From: Trichoplax adhaerens
Taxonomy: Eukaryota > Animalia > Placozoa
DNA: 64,000 bases
Assembly (NCBI RefSeq): GCF_000150275.1
Contig: NW_002060943.1
Span: forward strand, 3,554,008 to 3,618,007
Reading direction: 5' to 3'
The notes beneath the pieces are model-generated. The model was not told the origin of the DNA, searched no databases, and was given only the letters and a program-made list of their open reading frames with translations. The stretch's first letter is position 1. Every line of letters starts with the position of its first letter. The position numbers were made by a program, and so were the translations under genes. Positions 62,720-64,000 of the stretch are shown in pieces.

Positions 62720-63520
62720 ATACCAGTCCGTTATAAATTCTAATCGCCAATCGCACACCGTTCAAAATCAATGATGATCACGATAACATTAAATGACAAT
62801 CAGTCAGTAGGCAAAATGAATCCAGGCTAATGATTGAAGCGATTATCAATGTCTTGAACTAGGCAAAAAATGATTATTCCTATACAAGTTGGAAAGATAA
62901 TTTTAATTTCTGAACGACTCTCGCCAACAGTACTAGTAGAAGTAGAGTCGATCAAGCTTCCCAAAGGATCAAATTGCTTGTCTGTGGTAGTCTCACTTCA
63001 ACCTTGACTCTTGATGAATCGTAATAACGTCGTGCAATGGTGCTCCAATAAAGTAATTGCTCCAAGATAGCAAGAGCGAGAGAGAGAGAGAGAGAACTAG
63101 ATGTTGTGATCATCGATGAAATCTTGTAATGTTGTTCTTTCGGCCCTTATTACTGGTTGAAAATTTGAAATTGAACTTCAACGGTTGTACTGGCATTGAT
63201 TGGATGATTTTAATCACGTGATAAAACCCAATAGGCGATGGTTGTAATTTGCCTAACGGACAGGTTGGACAAGCGTTGGAAGTTGGAATCCTTATCGAGC
63301 ATGCGTAATAGCTCCCCCCCCCCAAAAAGCTGCTCTATTTGAAATGCAAATTAAATGTGCTCTAGTGATATGGAAATCAACCAATGCCATGGATAATTGG
63401 ATATGCCGGCGTCTAGTCGAAACCCACCACTACAATGGATAATGTCGTGTCCGTATAGAACAAACTATCGATGACAGAACCAACTTTTCAAATCTACTTC
63501 ATTGCTGCGCTTTTGAAAAT
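62720..63520 (-). promoter_or_regulatory. Kinesin-8 upstream region with clustered CHR (TTTGAA), CCAAT and MYB (YAACGG) motifs
   Basis: CHR-like at 62761, 63164, 63338, 63487 and 63512. CCAAT/ATTGG at 62747, 63199, 63228, 63381 and 63396. YAACGG at 62728(rc), 63179 and 63254. E-box at 63215 and a (GA)n tract at 63078-63095. Confidence 0.55.
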
Positions 63521-63589
63521 ATTCAATATTGCATTGCTAGGTGCAACATACTGTCCTTTAAAAGACCATTATTTTTGCTAGTCATTTGA

Positions 63590-63750
63590 CCTATACGGTA
63601 CATCTGTATCGAACATTGTACTGTCTATTCGTTCGTCTAACTCTACAGTACATTCCTTACAGAGTTACAGTACAGTACTGTCCATTCGTCCCCTAGCCAT
63701 GTACTGTACAGTACTGTACTGTACTGTACACTACTGTACTGTAGCCCTGT
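63590..63750. repeat. ACAGT/ACTGT pentamer patch upstream of kinesin-8
   Basis: GTACTGTACAGTACTGTACTGTACTGTACACTACTGTACTGTAG at 63701-63744 is the same repeat type as at 28.1-29.4 kb. Confidence 0.85.
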
Positions 63751-63783
63751 ATTGTTCTCGTAGAGTACTTCCTATTACGTCAT

Positions 63784-63909
63784 TTTTGCGGATCTTCTCG
63801 AATAGCTACCGAAAGGGACTAAAAGATCTTGTATATATACATTCATCATAAGCCTGTTCAGGGTAGATGTAGAGAAAAATCTGTGCATAAGTTGATTGCT
63901 ATAGGTATG
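63784..63909 (-). pseudogene. Degenerate copy of the kinesin intron-1 3' end plus the 5' part of exon 2
   Basis: Aligns to 61577-61706 (GCGGATCTTCTC..AAGGGACTAAAAGATCTTGTAT..CCTGTTCAGGGTAG.TGTAGAGAAAA.TCTGTGCATAAGTTGATTGCTATAGGTATG). It carries an AT expansion and a deletion that break the frame. Confidence 0.85.
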
Positions 63910-64000
63910 GCATCAATGATTGCGAATGCTTGTACTAGACTGCGAATGAGGATTATTGTGCTGATCATTTTAATTGTAGCCCGGCCTTGTTCGAGTAACT

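Overview
AT-rich, intron-dense animal genomic DNA with short GT-AG introns. The gene set and style suggest a compact early-branching metazoan, most likely a placozoan such as Trichoplax (inference). Six protein-coding genes can be spliced together by hand. (1) A divergent rhodopsin-class orphan GPCR with an intronless CDS (10570-11709,+). (2) A 13-exon non-NMDA ionotropic glutamate-receptor-family subunit (15711-22691,+). (3) An FNBP4 orthologue (24102-27837,-), head-to-head with (4) a ZNF143/Staf orthologue carrying nine C2H2 fingers (31989-35184,+). (5) An intracellular GAPR-1/GLIPR2-like protein with four tandem CAP domains (36433-42285,-). (6) A kinesin-8/KIF18 (57911-62583,-). Non-coding features: several 90-155 bp tandem repeats, two related solo LTRs with 5-bp TSDs, a recent ~1.3 kb direct duplication, a kinesin pseudo-exon, and an ACAGT/ACTGT pentamer array whose long tracts occur only upstream of the housekeeping genes. 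Most interesting observations: the iGluR has a furin-type REKR|S site between its ATD and LBD and has lost the conserved acidic ligand-binding residue; the ZNF143 has two extra MTF-1-like fingers linking the two families; the FNBP4-ZNF143 intergenic region contains mirrored and duplicated modules; and the kinesin-8 promoter shows a CHR/CCAAT/MYB motif cluster. All homology calls come from recalled family motifs, not from database searches.
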